From: an uncultured Alphaproteobacteria bacterium
Lineage (GTDB): Bacteria; Pseudomonadota; Alphaproteobacteria; ATCC43930; CGMCC-115725
Assembly: GCA_963695605.1 (NCBI GenBank)
Contig: CAVOHI010000013.1
Coordinates: 9,598-73,597, forward strand
Length of the DNA stretch: 64,000 bases
Direction: 5' to 3'
Shown: positions 39,245 through 48,039 of the stretch, one piece after another
How the letters are laid out: each line of letters starts with the position of its first letter
Position numbering within the stretch: position 1 is the first letter of the stretch
Made by a program: the position numbers and the translations under genes
The notes under the pieces: model-generated
The model's database searches: none
Told to the model about the DNA's origin: nothing
The model's input: only the letters and a program-made list of their open reading frames with translations

Positions 39245-39841
39245 ATGGGCGGTAAACGCGGATCGAGAAGAACGATAATGCTGGGAATGCTTCGCTCCGT
39301 GGCCGTCGCCGCTATGCTTGTCGCTGCTCTCCCGGCTACGGCGCCAGCGCAGACCCAGGTGGTCGACGAGTTCAAGTTTGGCGTTCTCGCCCATGACATC
39401 GGACTGTTCGACAAACACGTCGAATCGGGGGCGGACATCAATTTCGAAATGTTGTTCACCCCGCCGGAATTCTTTCGCGTGATCGGGTCGCCACGGCCTC
39501 ATCTCGGCGGTTCGCTCAACACGGCGGGCAATACCAACGACGGCTATTTCGGCCTCACTTGGGGGATCACGCTAATCCAGAACCTTTTCGGGTGGGGCGG
39601 CAGTGTCTTCGCCAATGGCAGCCTCGGGGGCGCTCTGCAGGACGGCTATACCAACAGCGCCCCGCCGGACCGCAAGAAGCTCGGCTCGACCGCGCTGTTC
39701 CGCGAAAGCGTCGAGCTCGGTTATCAGCTGACGCCCAACCTCAGCTTGTCAGGGTTCGTCGACCATATGTCAAACGCGAACCTCGCGCCGCACAATGCAG
39801 GGATCACCGACGCTGGCGCGCGGCTCGGCTTCAAGTTCTAG
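39245..39841 (+). CDS. Acyloxyacyl hydrolase / lipid A 3-O-deacylase (PagL-like) outer-membrane protein
   Basis: Signal peptide, then FKFGVLAHDIGLF...GADINFE...LGSTALFRESVELGY...VDHMSNANL...AGARLGFKF. The likely start is the ATG at 39278. Confidence 0.7.
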   Translation: MGGKRGSRRTIMLGMLRSVAVAAMLVAALPATAPAQTQVVDEFKFGVLAHDIGLFDKHVESGADINFEMLFTPPEFFRVIGSPRPHLGGSLNTAGNTNDGYFGLTWGITLIQNLFGWGGSVFANGSLGGALQDGYTNSAPPDRKKLGSTALFRESVELGYQLTPNLSLSGFVDHMSNANLAPHNAGITDAGARLGFKF

Positions 39842-40417
39842 GCGCCTAGACGGACGCAAGCGCTCCCTCCTCCTCCTCGCCGTCGCTGTTTTTGCTGTTT
39901 CTCCATTAAACTATCAGCGACCGATCTGATCGGCTCCGCAGAAATCCTAGAGCCCCGGTCGCACCGGGCCTGAAAAACAGCCACAACCCTCGCTGATCCT
40001 GGCTGATATCCACCGTTTTCAATCAGTGTCCGCGTCGGGCGACACAGCATATCAATGGCGATTGTCATATCATATCGATGCTAAAATAGCAATACTTTTT
40101 TATTTTTATGACTGCCCGGCTTTGAGATTGACCCCAGCGATTATGGATCCGCCCAGAGCGTGCTCTAGCGCATCCCGCTAGCGCGATTTGGTCGATAAAA
40201 ACGGGCCAAAGTGGCATTCTAAATTCCAGACGGTGGGTATCACCATTAAATAAACTCAATATCTTGCATGCGCATGTGGCAGTTTCGCCACGCTGAGGCG
40301 AAAAGACCACCTGCGCGCCAAAGCTTTCTTGATCAGCCCCCGGCTCTGCATATCATGACGCGAGACGCAGGTGTCCTTTGTCCAGCTGACTGCAATCTTT
40401 GACTTCTCGGGGGAGCA

Positions 40418-42022
40418 ATGACCAGAAAACGAAATTTCGGCAGCGCCGCGGCGATTGGGGGCTTGACCGCGTCGATCGCGCTGCTGATGGGATTACCGGC
40501 GGCGAGCGCCGATGAACTGGCGGATCTTCGCGCCAATCAGGAGCTGCTGCAGCGCCGCATCGAGCAGCTGGCTCAGGCCGCGCAAGGACGCCCGGGCGTC
40601 CCAGGGGCTTACGGCGCGGAGGCACACCCAGGTGAAATGGCCACCCAAGGCAGCTTTCCGCGCTCGTTTCTGATCCCGGGGACGGATACCTCGATCCGCG
40701 TGGGCGGGTTTATCGACGAGACCCTCGATTACTACTTCGTCGGCGCGCAGCCGAACGGCAACCAGACTACAACCATCGGGGTCACCGGCCAGTTGGAATC
40801 GGCGCCACTCAACACGCACGCTTTTACAAGTGTTCCGGGCTTCCCGACCCCCGGAAATCTCGTGCCGCAGAGCACGGCTAGCTCGCGCGGCAACGGAAAC
40901 TTCTCGCAGAGCCCCCGGGAAACGCGCCTCAACGTTGAGACGCGCACACCGACTGCATGGGGCGAGTCGCGGACTTTCATTGAATTCGACTTTGCGGGCA
41001 GCGGCTCCTTCAGTTCAAATAACCTGACCACGGTGTCGGATAGCTTGATCCCGCGTTTGCGGTATGCCTACGGCACGCTCGGTGGTTTCCTCGCCGGGCA
41101 GGCCAACTCGAATTTCTCCGATCCTGACGCCAATCCGGAGACGCTCGATTTCGGCGGCCCTGCCGGCTTCGCGGGCGTGACCCGCATCCCTCAGGTTCGA
41201 TACACTCTTAATGGTCCATGGGGCAGCGCCTGGTCGGTCTCGGCCGAAACCCCCGAGACAGATATCGTCACACCGGCCGGCAACGTTAAAACGGACACGA
41301 ACCTCGGGCAGAACCCGGTGACCAGCCCGACGACAACGGGCTGCGTCGCCAACGGAATCACGATCAGCGCCGACCGCCGGGTGTGCCTTAGCCTTCAATC
41401 CCACCAAGTCCTCGGCGCCCGACCTCACCTTCGCTTCCTATTGGTCAGCAGCCTTGGGGCCACGTCGATTTCCGCGGCCTGGTCCGTCCGACACTGACAC
41501 TCAACGACGGCAAATTCGTCGACAGGACATTCGTCGGTGGCGGCGGCGGCGTTTCCGGCGACGTCAAACCGGGTTGGTTTGGTTGGGAAAAGGACGACTT
41601 TCAGTTCCAATTCACGGTTGGCAACGGCATTGGGCGGTATATCAACGAGAGCAACAACGCGGCACTGGCGACCAACTTCCTCTCGTCTCCGGCCACCGCC
41701 GCCGCTGCAGCAAGCATCCTAGTCAGGCCGATATTCGAATACGGCTATGCCCTCGGCTACCAGCACTTCTGGCTGCCCAATTTGCGATCCACCGCGGTTT
41801 ACGGTTACGCCTATACTGGTTATCCAACGAACGCTGATCGGGCCGACGCAGGGGGTCGTCTCGAACAGGGTGCTGCAGACTGCCCATATCAACTTGATCT
41901 GGAGCCCGGTCGCGTTCATCGATGCCGGCGTCGAATATTTTTGGGGGCAACGCCAGACCGCCTCTAATAACATCAAGGGCGATGAGCAAACCTTGATCGG
42001 CAAGTTCCGCGTCAAGTTCTAG
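40418..42022 (+). pseudogene. Outer-membrane porin with N-terminal coiled coil (DcaP-like), three +1 frame disruptions
   Basis: Signal peptide plus coiled coil (ADELADLRANQELLQRRIEQLAQ), then beta-barrel-like sequence. The protein continues through all three frames: ...NGITISAD, then AGCALAFNPTKSSAPDLTFASYWS, then QPWGHVDFRGLVRPTLTLNDGKFVD...YGYAYTGYPTNA, then LIGPTQGVVSNRVLQTAHINLIWSPVAFIDAGVEYFWGQRQ...LIGKFRVKF. Shifts are at about 41371-41380, 41443-41452 and 41828-41835. Confidence 0.7.
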
Positions 42023-42044
42023 CAGCGAAAACATCCGACCTTCG

Positions 42045-42077
42045 AGGCCCGCCGCGGTGTCGGCGGGCCTTTTTGTT
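42045..42077 (+). terminator. Rho-independent terminator after the porin gene
   Basis: aggcccgccg-cggtgt-cggcgggcct followed by ttttgttt. It lies between the convergent porin and LysR genes. Confidence 0.65.
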
Positions 42078-42097
42078 TCACTCCGCGGAGCCTGATT

Positions 42098-43079
42098 TCA
42101 TGCGGTCACAGACCCGCCGCGACCTCCCGCAAGCACATTCCGCAGCCAGGCGACGCCACGGTCCTCGCCATGATCGCGGTGCCATAATGCCATGATGTCG
42201 AAGGGCGGCGACGTATAGGGAGGTTCGAACAGCTTGAGACGATATCCGTTGGCGAAGGCGGCCGCGAGACGGCGCGGCAGCGGCGCCGCCATGTCGGACT
42301 GGCTGACCACTGCGAGCGGCGGCAGGGAAATGCGGCGTCGTCAGGCCGACCACGCGGCGCAATCCGCGCGCCGCCAGCGCGCCTTGCAGCAACCCGACTT
42401 CGCTGCGGGTGACCAGCCGTTCGAGGCCATGGTCGCTGACATAGCCGTTGATCGCGTGCTCGTCCTCGCCGGTTGCGGAGATGATCAGATGCGACAGTGA
42501 GGCGAGACGTTCGAGGGTCAGTTCGCCGTCGGCCGCCGGGTGGTCGGCGCTCAGTACCCAGACCCGGGTCTCCTGAAACAAGGTTTCACAGACAAAGGGC
42601 TCGGGCACTCGTCTAAAGCTGCCGATCGCGAGATCGATGCGACCTGCGAGCAGCGCCTCGGTCACCCCCATGTTGCTCGGCCGGATGCGGAGTTCGGCGT
42701 TTGGCGCCAGAGTTCGGACCCGGGCAATAAAGCCCGGCACCAGCACCGTGCCGACATACTCGCCGCAGGCGATCGTGAAACGCCGCTCTGTCTGCTCGGG
42801 CACGAATTCGGTCGGCCCCAGCGCCAGCTGGAGCTGCAGCAGCCCCTCGCGGAGCCGCGGCGCGATTTCGGCGGCCCGCGGGGTCGGCCGCATGCCATCC
42901 GCCACCCGCACGAACAGTTCATCGTGGAGCACATAGCGCAGCCGGTTCAGCGCATGGCTGATCGCCGACTGGCTCAGCCCGAGCCGCTCTCCGGCGCGCG
43001 TGACGCTGCGTTCCTCGATCAGCGTGTCGAAGACCCGCAGCAGGTTCAGATCGAGTGTGTGGAAATGCAGGTCATTCAT
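42098..43079 (-). pseudogene. LysR-family transcriptional regulator, one +1 frame disruption
   Basis: MNDLHFHTLDLNLLRVFDTLIEERSVTRAGERLGLSQSAISHALNRLR (HTH). The C-terminus LPPLAVVSQSDMAAPLPRRLAAAFANGYRLKLFEPPY...ALWHRDHGEDRGVAWLR is in the next frame. The shift is at about 42323-42331. Confidence 0.85.
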
Positions 43080-43167
43080 GCGTGCGATGCACAATTATCA
43101 TTCGCGTGCAAAGGGCGACTTGGGGCAACCTGCTGTTGAGATCAACTAAGGATCTGGAGACGCTGCT

Positions 43168-43536
43168 ATGTCGAGCTTGCTCAAATCGGCCGTTCTGAGT
43201 TTAGGGGTATTGGCGGGCACCGCGGTGGTCGCGCTGGCCCAGTCGGTCTCGTCGCTGCCGCCGAGCAGCCCTGCAACGGCTCCAACGGTTGCTACGCCCC
43301 CATCTTCGGCTAAAATTTTCCCCAACCCAGGCGGCAACACGACGTGGCAAGAAGAACACGCTCAGCCGGCGGTTGGCTATGAAGCCGACAGGTCGCAGCA
43401 TCCCTATTCGCCATCGATCGGCCCGCAGCCAGGATCGCACTCCTCGGGCAAAGACGTGCATTATGAGGCGACCGATGGCGACAATGCCCCGAGCCGCCAT
43501 CCATACACCTCCAATCTTGGTCCTAAAACAAACTAG
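43168..43536 (+). CDS. Small secreted protein of unknown function
   Basis: 122 aa with signal peptide MSSLLKSAVLSLGVLAGTAVVALAQ. The mature part is Pro/Ser-rich, with a repeated HPY(S/T)xxxGP motif. It is followed by a strong terminator and is divergent from the LysR gene. Confidence 0.55.
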   Translation: MSSLLKSAVLSLGVLAGTAVVALAQSVSSLPPSSPATAPTVATPPSSAKIFPNPGGNTTWQEEHAQPAVGYEADRSQHPYSPSIGPQPGSHSSGKDVHYEATDGDNAPSRHPYTSNLGPKTN

Positions 43537-43577
43537 CAATCACGCGGCGCACCTGCGCCGGTATATTCCTCCTTTCG

Positions 43578-43606
43578 AAACCCGCCGGCGCAGCCGGCGG
43601 GTTTTT
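43578..43606 (+). terminator. Rho-independent terminator
   Basis: aaacccgccggc-gca-gccggcgggttttt, a perfect GC-rich stem plus T run. Confidence 0.75.
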
Positions 43607-43801
43607 CGCGTTTAATTAGCACGGGAAGGGACCTCCCGCCGATCAGCGATGGCCGGCAAAAATTGCCAGGGCCGGTTGGGGTGGCCGGAAACGACCGAAT
43701 GGGGAAGTTTCCCCGTTTTCGTCGGCTGTGAAGCTTGATGCGGCGGTTCGGTCGGGGGCAGATTGGACGCGTTTGACGCCTGCAGCGGAGGGAGGCTTCG
43801 G

Positions 43802-45052
43802 GTGGAGACGCAGTTCTACGACACACTCGAGACACGCGATCCGGCCGATCGCGAAACGGCTTTGATGTCGGCGTTGCCGCAGGTCATTGCCGCAGCGAAG
43901 GAGCGCGCGCCCGCGTATCGCCGGCTGCTCGCGCGGGTTCATCCGGAAGATGTCGTCGACCGGCGCGCCTTGGCCGAATTGCCGCTGACACGGAAATCAG
44001 AACTGATCGAATTGCAGCGGCAGGTTCCCCCATTTGGAGGCTTGACGGCGGCGCCGATATCGTCGCTCCGACGGGTCTTCGTGTCGCCCGGGCCAATCTA
44101 CGAACCGGAGGGCCGGCGGCCGGATTACTGGCGCTTTGCGCGGGCCCTCTTTGCCGCCGGGTTTCGCGCCGGCGATCTCGTGCACAACACCTTCTCGTAT
44201 CATCTGACGCCGGCGGGCGCGATGGTCGAGAGCGGCGCCGAGGCGCTCGGCTGCCCGGTGATCCCGGCCGGCACCGGGCAGACCGAGCAACAATTGCGTA
44301 CGATCGCCGATCTGCGGCCGGTCGGCTACGTCGGGACGCCGTCCTTCCTCAAGGTCCTGCTCGACCGCGCGGCGAGCGAGGGCGGCGACGTTTCCTCGCT
44401 GAAAAAGGCGCTCGTCGGGGCGGAAGCTCTGCCGTCGGCGCTGCGCGCCGAATTCCGCAGCCGCGGGCTCGGCGTGCTGCAGTGCTACGGGACCGCGGAT
44501 ATCGGCATCATCGCTTATGAGAGCACGAGCCCGCAGGGCGAGCTTTGCGAGGGTATGGTGGTCGATGAGGGGATCATTCTCGAGCTGGTCATGCCAGGCA
44601 CCGGAGAGCCGGTGCCCCCCGGCGAGGTTGGCGAGGTCGTCGTTACGACATTGACGCCCGAATATCCGCTGATCCGCTTTGCGACCGGCGATCTGTCGGC
44701 GATGCTGCCGGGCCCGAGCCCATGCGGCCGGACAAACCATCGGATCAAGGGGTGGCTCGGCCGCGCCGACCAGACCACCAAGGTGCGCGGCATGTTCGTG
44801 CACCCTGAGCAAGTCGCCGAAATTCTGCGGCGCCACAAATCGATTATCCGCGCCCGCCTCGTGGTGGAGCGGCCGCGCAGCACCGACGAGATGACCCTGT
44901 TGACCGAACTCGGCGAACCGGCGGACGATGTGGGGCAGATCGCCGAAACCTTGCAGGCGGTAACGAAAATGCGCGGTACGGTCAGCCGCGTGCCGGAGGG
45001 CAGCCTGCCCGCCGACGGCAAGCTGATCGAGGATCGACGGCAATTGAAATAA
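43802..45052 (+). CDS. Phenylacetate-CoA ligase-like (PaaK family) adenylate-forming enzyme
   Basis: ETQFYDTLETRDPADRE...LPLTRKSEL...SYHLTPAG...GTPSFL...YGTADIG...TGDLS...GRADQTTKVRGMFVHP. The GTG at 43802 is preferred over the track start at 43763. Confidence 0.8.
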   Translation: METQFYDTLETRDPADRETALMSALPQVIAAAKERAPAYRRLLARVHPEDVVDRRALAELPLTRKSELIELQRQVPPFGGLTAAPISSLRRVFVSPGPIYEPEGRRPDYWRFARALFAAGFRAGDLVHNTFSYHLTPAGAMVESGAEALGCPVIPAGTGQTEQQLRTIADLRPVGYVGTPSFLKVLLDRAASEGGDVSSLKKALVGAEALPSALRAEFRSRGLGVLQCYGTADIGIIAYESTSPQGELCEGMVVDEGIILELVMPGTGEPVPPGEVGEVVVTTLTPEYPLIRFATGDLSAMLPGPSPCGRTNHRIKGWLGRADQTTKVRGMFVHPEQVAEILRRHKSIIRARLVVERPRSTDEMTLLTELGEPADDVGQIAETLQAVTKMRGTVSRVPEGSLPADGKLIEDRRQLK

Positions 45053-45183
45053 AATTCATCGAAAGGTCACAGTTTTTTCAAATCGGCGTCCCAATCGAGT
45101 CCCCATATTCTATGTGTAAGGTTGATCCTTACAGGTTTGTCCCCCAAACCTCGTACTCGGTCGAGCAATTCGACCGTGGCCAC

Positions 45184-45219
45184 GCGGCTCCGGTTTTCCC
45201 CCACCGGAGCCGCTTTTTT
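45184..45219 (+). terminator. Rho-independent terminator immediately upstream of ccmA
   Basis: gcggctccgg-ttttccccca-ccggagccgc followed by tttttt. Confidence 0.75.
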
Positions 45220-45233
45220 GCCCGCCGAGCACG

Positions 45234-45896
45234 TTGACCGGACCCGATCTGGTCGCCGAGGGTCTCGCTTGCCGACGCGGCGAGCGTCTGGTCTTTGCCG
45301 GGCTCTCGTTTCGGCTTCCGGCAGGGGGCGCTCTGCTGCTCACAGGAGCCAACGGCAGCGGCAAGACCAGCCTGTTGCGTGTCCTCGCCACATTGATCAT
45401 GCCGGCCGGCGGCCGTCTTCTCTGGGGCATTGCGCCAGTCGAGGCCGAGAGCGCCGCCTATCGCGCGCATCTGGACTTTATAGGTCATCAGGATGGCGTG
45501 AAACCCGGTCTTACGCCGCGTGAAACCCTGGCGTTCTGGGCAGCACTCCGGGGTACGGAGTCGAGCCGGGCGCCGTGCCTCCTCGACGCAGCGCTGGCCG
45601 CATTCGCCCTCGACCGGGTTGCCGACTGGCCGTGCCGCTGGCTCTCCGCGGGCCAGCGTCGGCGGGTCGCGCTCGCCCGGCTGGTTGCGGCGCCGGCCTC
45701 GATCTGGCTTCTCGACGAACCGACCAGCGGGCTCGACCACGAAAACCAATCGCGACTTGAGCAGGCAATCGCCGAGCATCGCGCTTCCGGCGGGCGTGCC
45801 GTTGTCGCCAGCCACACGCGGATTGACATCGGCGCCGCCACCACCATCACCCTCGATGCCTTTGCTCCGCTGTCGGACCATGCAGCCGCCGGCTGA
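45234..45896 (+). CDS. ccmA: Haem exporter ATP-binding protein CcmA
   Basis: GANGSGKTSLLR...LSAGQRRRVALARL...LLDEPTSGLD. It is followed by ccmB. TTG start. Confidence 0.88.
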   Translation: MTGPDLVAEGLACRRGERLVFAGLSFRLPAGGALLLTGANGSGKTSLLRVLATLIMPAGGRLLWGIAPVEAESAAYRAHLDFIGHQDGVKPGLTPRETLAFWAALRGTESSRAPCLLDAALAAFALDRVADWPCRWLSAGQRRRVALARLVAAPASIWLLDEPTSGLDHENQSRLEQAIAEHRASGGRAVVASHTRIDIGAATTITLDAFAPLSDHAAAG

Positions 45897-45898
45897 AG

Positions 45899-46564
45899 AT
45901 GGCGGCGTTTCTCGCCCTCTTTCGGCGCGATCTGAGCCTCGCCTTGCGCCAGGGCGGCGACACCGGTCTCGTCATCGGGTTCTTTGTTCTCGCTGTCGTG
46001 CTGTTCCCGTTCGGCGTCGGTCCCGAGCCGGAGGTCCTGCAACGCATCGGTGCCGGCATCATCTGGGTGGCGGCATTGCTCGCGGCTCTGTTGTCGCTCG
46101 ACCGGCTGTTCGAGGCGGATTATCAGGACGGCGAGCTCGATCTGCTGGCCCTTTCGAGCCTCCCGCTCGAGCTTGCGGTACTCGCAAAATGCGCCGCGCA
46201 TTGGGTGGCAACTGGCCTTCCTCTGGCGCTGACCAGCCCGTTTCTCGCGCTGTTGGTCGATCTCGATCCGGGGTCGATCGCGACATTGTTTGCCAGCCTG
46301 TTGATCGGCACCCCGACGCTCAGCCTGATCGGCAGCGTCGCTGCGGCGTTGAGCCTGGGGGCTCGGCGTCAAGGCGTCGTGCTGTCGCTCCTCGTCCTGC
46401 CTCTCTACATCCCACCGCTGATCTTTGGCGCCGGGGCGGTCGAAGCGAGCGCAGTCGGGAGCGGTGCCCGCGCCCATCTGCTGATCCTGTCCGCGGTCAG
46501 CTTGGCAGCTCTGGCGCTCTGTCCGTGGGCGAGCGCTGCGGCCTTGCGCCAGGCGCTGGAGTAA
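45899..46564 (+). CDS. ccmB: Haem exporter permease CcmB
   Basis: 221 aa with FRRDLSLALRQGGD...FPFGVGPE...YQDGELDLL, the typical CcmB pattern. Confidence 0.92.
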   Translation: MAAFLALFRRDLSLALRQGGDTGLVIGFFVLAVVLFPFGVGPEPEVLQRIGAGIIWVAALLAALLSLDRLFEADYQDGELDLLALSSLPLELAVLAKCAAHWVATGLPLALTSPFLALLVDLDPGSIATLFASLLIGTPTLSLIGSVAAALSLGARRQGVVLSLLVLPLYIPPLIFGAGAVEASAVGSGARAHLLILSAVSLAALALCPWASAAALRQALE

Positions 46565-46619
46565 GCGCGGCATCGTCGATGCTGACTTGACGCGATATCG
46601 GGATTACATCTACCCCGCG

Positions 46620-47396
46620 ATGATTAATTGGCTCGCCAACCCCGCGCGGTTCATGCGGCTGAGCGCAAGGGCTGTGCCGTGGTGCGGTTGGGCCGCCGTG
46701 GTCGTCCTTGCGGTCGGCCTTTTCTGGTCATTGGTCGTGGCGCCGCCGGATTATCAGCAGGGCGACACCGTGCGGATCATGTATGTGCATGTTCCGGCTG
46801 CGTGGATGGCGCTCAGCGTCTACCTGTTCGTCGCGGTGGCGAGCGCGGTTGGGCTCGTCTGGCGGCACCCGCTCGCAGAAGTGGCGGCCCGCGCATCCGC
46901 TCCGATCGGTGCGGCGTTTACCTTTGTCTGCCTCGCCACCGGCTCGCTGTGGGGCCGCCCGATGTGGGGCGCGTGGTGGGTGTGGGACGCCCGGCTGACC
47001 TCGGTGCTGATCTTGTTCTTTCTCTACCTCGGCTACATCGCGCTGGCGAATGCGTTCGACGATCTGTCGCGCGGCGGCAAGGCGGCCGCGGTGCTGGCGC
47101 TGGTCGGCGTAGTCAACCTGCCGATCATCAAGTTCTCCGTCGATTGGTGGAACACCCTGCATCAGCCGGCGAGCGTGATGCGGATCGGCGGACCCCGGAT
47201 CGACATCTCGATGCTCGCCCCGCTGCTGATCATGGCTGTGGGGTTCACGCTGCTGTTTGTCGCGCTGCTGATGGTGCGCATGAGAACCGCGCTGAACGAG
47301 CGCAAGGCGATGGCGCTGCGGCTCAATGTCGGTAACGTGCCAGCTGCGCGTCCGGAGCGCGAGCGGGCCGTTGCTGCCCGCACCGCGGTGCCGTGA
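46620..47396 (+). CDS. ccmC: Haem exporter / haem-handling protein CcmC
   Basis: MINWLANPARF...MYVHVPAAWMAL... and the WGRPMWGAWWVWDARLTS tryptophan-rich motif. Internal ATG at 46620. Confidence 0.92.
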   Translation: MINWLANPARFMRLSARAVPWCGWAAVVVLAVGLFWSLVVAPPDYQQGDTVRIMYVHVPAAWMALSVYLFVAVASAVGLVWRHPLAEVAARASAPIGAAFTFVCLATGSLWGRPMWGAWWVWDARLTSVLILFFLYLGYIALANAFDDLSRGGKAAAVLALVGVVNLPIIKFSVDWWNTLHQPASVMRIGGPRIDISMLAPLLIMAVGFTLLFVALLMVRMRTALNERKAMALRLNVGNVPAARPERERAVAARTAVP

Positions 47397-47569
47397 TGGG
47401 CGACATCAGCGCCTTTCTCGCAATGGGCGGCTATGCCGGGTTCGTGTGGTCGGCCTATGGGGTCGCGCTCGCGGTTCTCGGAGGTCTCGCCTTAGTCTCG
47501 TGGCGGCGCTACCGCGAAAGCACGGTCATCCTGGAGCGGCTGCAGCAGGACCCGCCGAAGCGACGATGA
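47396..47569 (+). CDS. ccmD: Haem exporter small membrane protein CcmD
   Basis: 57-aa ORF below the track cutoff, from my own translation: MGDISAFLAMGGYAGFVWSAYGVALAVLGGLALVSWRRYRESTVILERLQQDPPKRR. The ATG overlaps the ccmC TGA and the stop overlaps the ccmE ATG (ATGA). Confidence 0.78.
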   Translation: MGDISAFLAMGGYAGFVWSAYGVALAVLGGLALVSWRRYRESTVILERLQQDPPKRR

Positions 47570-48036
47570 CCCGCAAGCAGCAGAGATTGGGATTGCTCGC
47601 TCTCGGCATGGCGGCTCTTGGCGGAGCCACGGTGCTGGTGTTGAGCGCGTTCAACGACAATCTCGTATTTTTCTACAGCCCGACCGAGTTGAAGGCAAAG
47701 GCGGTTACGCCGGATCGCCGGGTGCGGATCGGCGGTCTGGTCGAGGCGGACAGCCTGTCGCGTGGCGCCGACGGGCGCAGCTTCTCGTTTCGCATCACCG
47801 ATGGCGCGGATGACGTGGCGGTCGTGTATCAGGGGCTGCTGCCGGATCTCTTCCGAGAGGGGCAAGGCGCCGTCGCTGAGGGGAAATTACGTCCCGACGG
47901 GGTCTTCGCCGCATCGAGCGTGCTGGCCAAGCACGATGAGAACTACATGCCGCGCGAGGTTGTGGACGCTCTGAAAAAGAGCGGGCATTGGCAGGAGGGC
48001 GGTGCGGCGCCGGCCGGAATGGCACAGAAGAAATGA
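47566..48036 (+). CDS. ccmE: Cytochrome c maturation haem chaperone CcmE
   Basis: MTRKQQRLGLLALGMAALGGATVLVLSAFNDNLVFFYSPTEL...LPDLFREGQGAVAEG...VLAKHDENYMP (His of the HDENY haem-binding motif). Confidence 0.9.
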   Translation: MTRKQQRLGLLALGMAALGGATVLVLSAFNDNLVFFYSPTELKAKAVTPDRRVRIGGLVEADSLSRGADGRSFSFRITDGADDVAVVYQGLLPDLFREGQGAVAEGKLRPDGVFAASSVLAKHDENYMPREVVDALKKSGHWQEGGAAPAGMAQKK

Positions 48037-48039
48037 TCG

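Noticed and set aside
39838-40310. 76-aa and 81-aa minus-strand ORFs in the AT-rich region upstream of the porin
   Set aside because: There are no ribosome-binding sites, no motifs, and composition atypical for this genome's coding DNA. They are probably non-coding.
1627-42335. Programmed ribosomal frameshifting or genuine mass pseudogenisation as the explanation for the frame breaks
   Set aside because: I recognised no shared slippery heptamer. The affected genes are unrelated and include essential ones. The shifts share one direction at homopolymers, so assembly insertion error is the simpler reading. It still needs read-level confirmation.
43607-43722. Second sRNA candidate between the terminator at 43578-43606 and a weak hairpin/T-run (ggggaagtttccccgtttt, about 43701-43722)
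   Set aside because: The second hairpin has an implausibly small loop and a short T run. There is no promoter and no distinctive loop motif, so the evidence is too weak to report as a finding.
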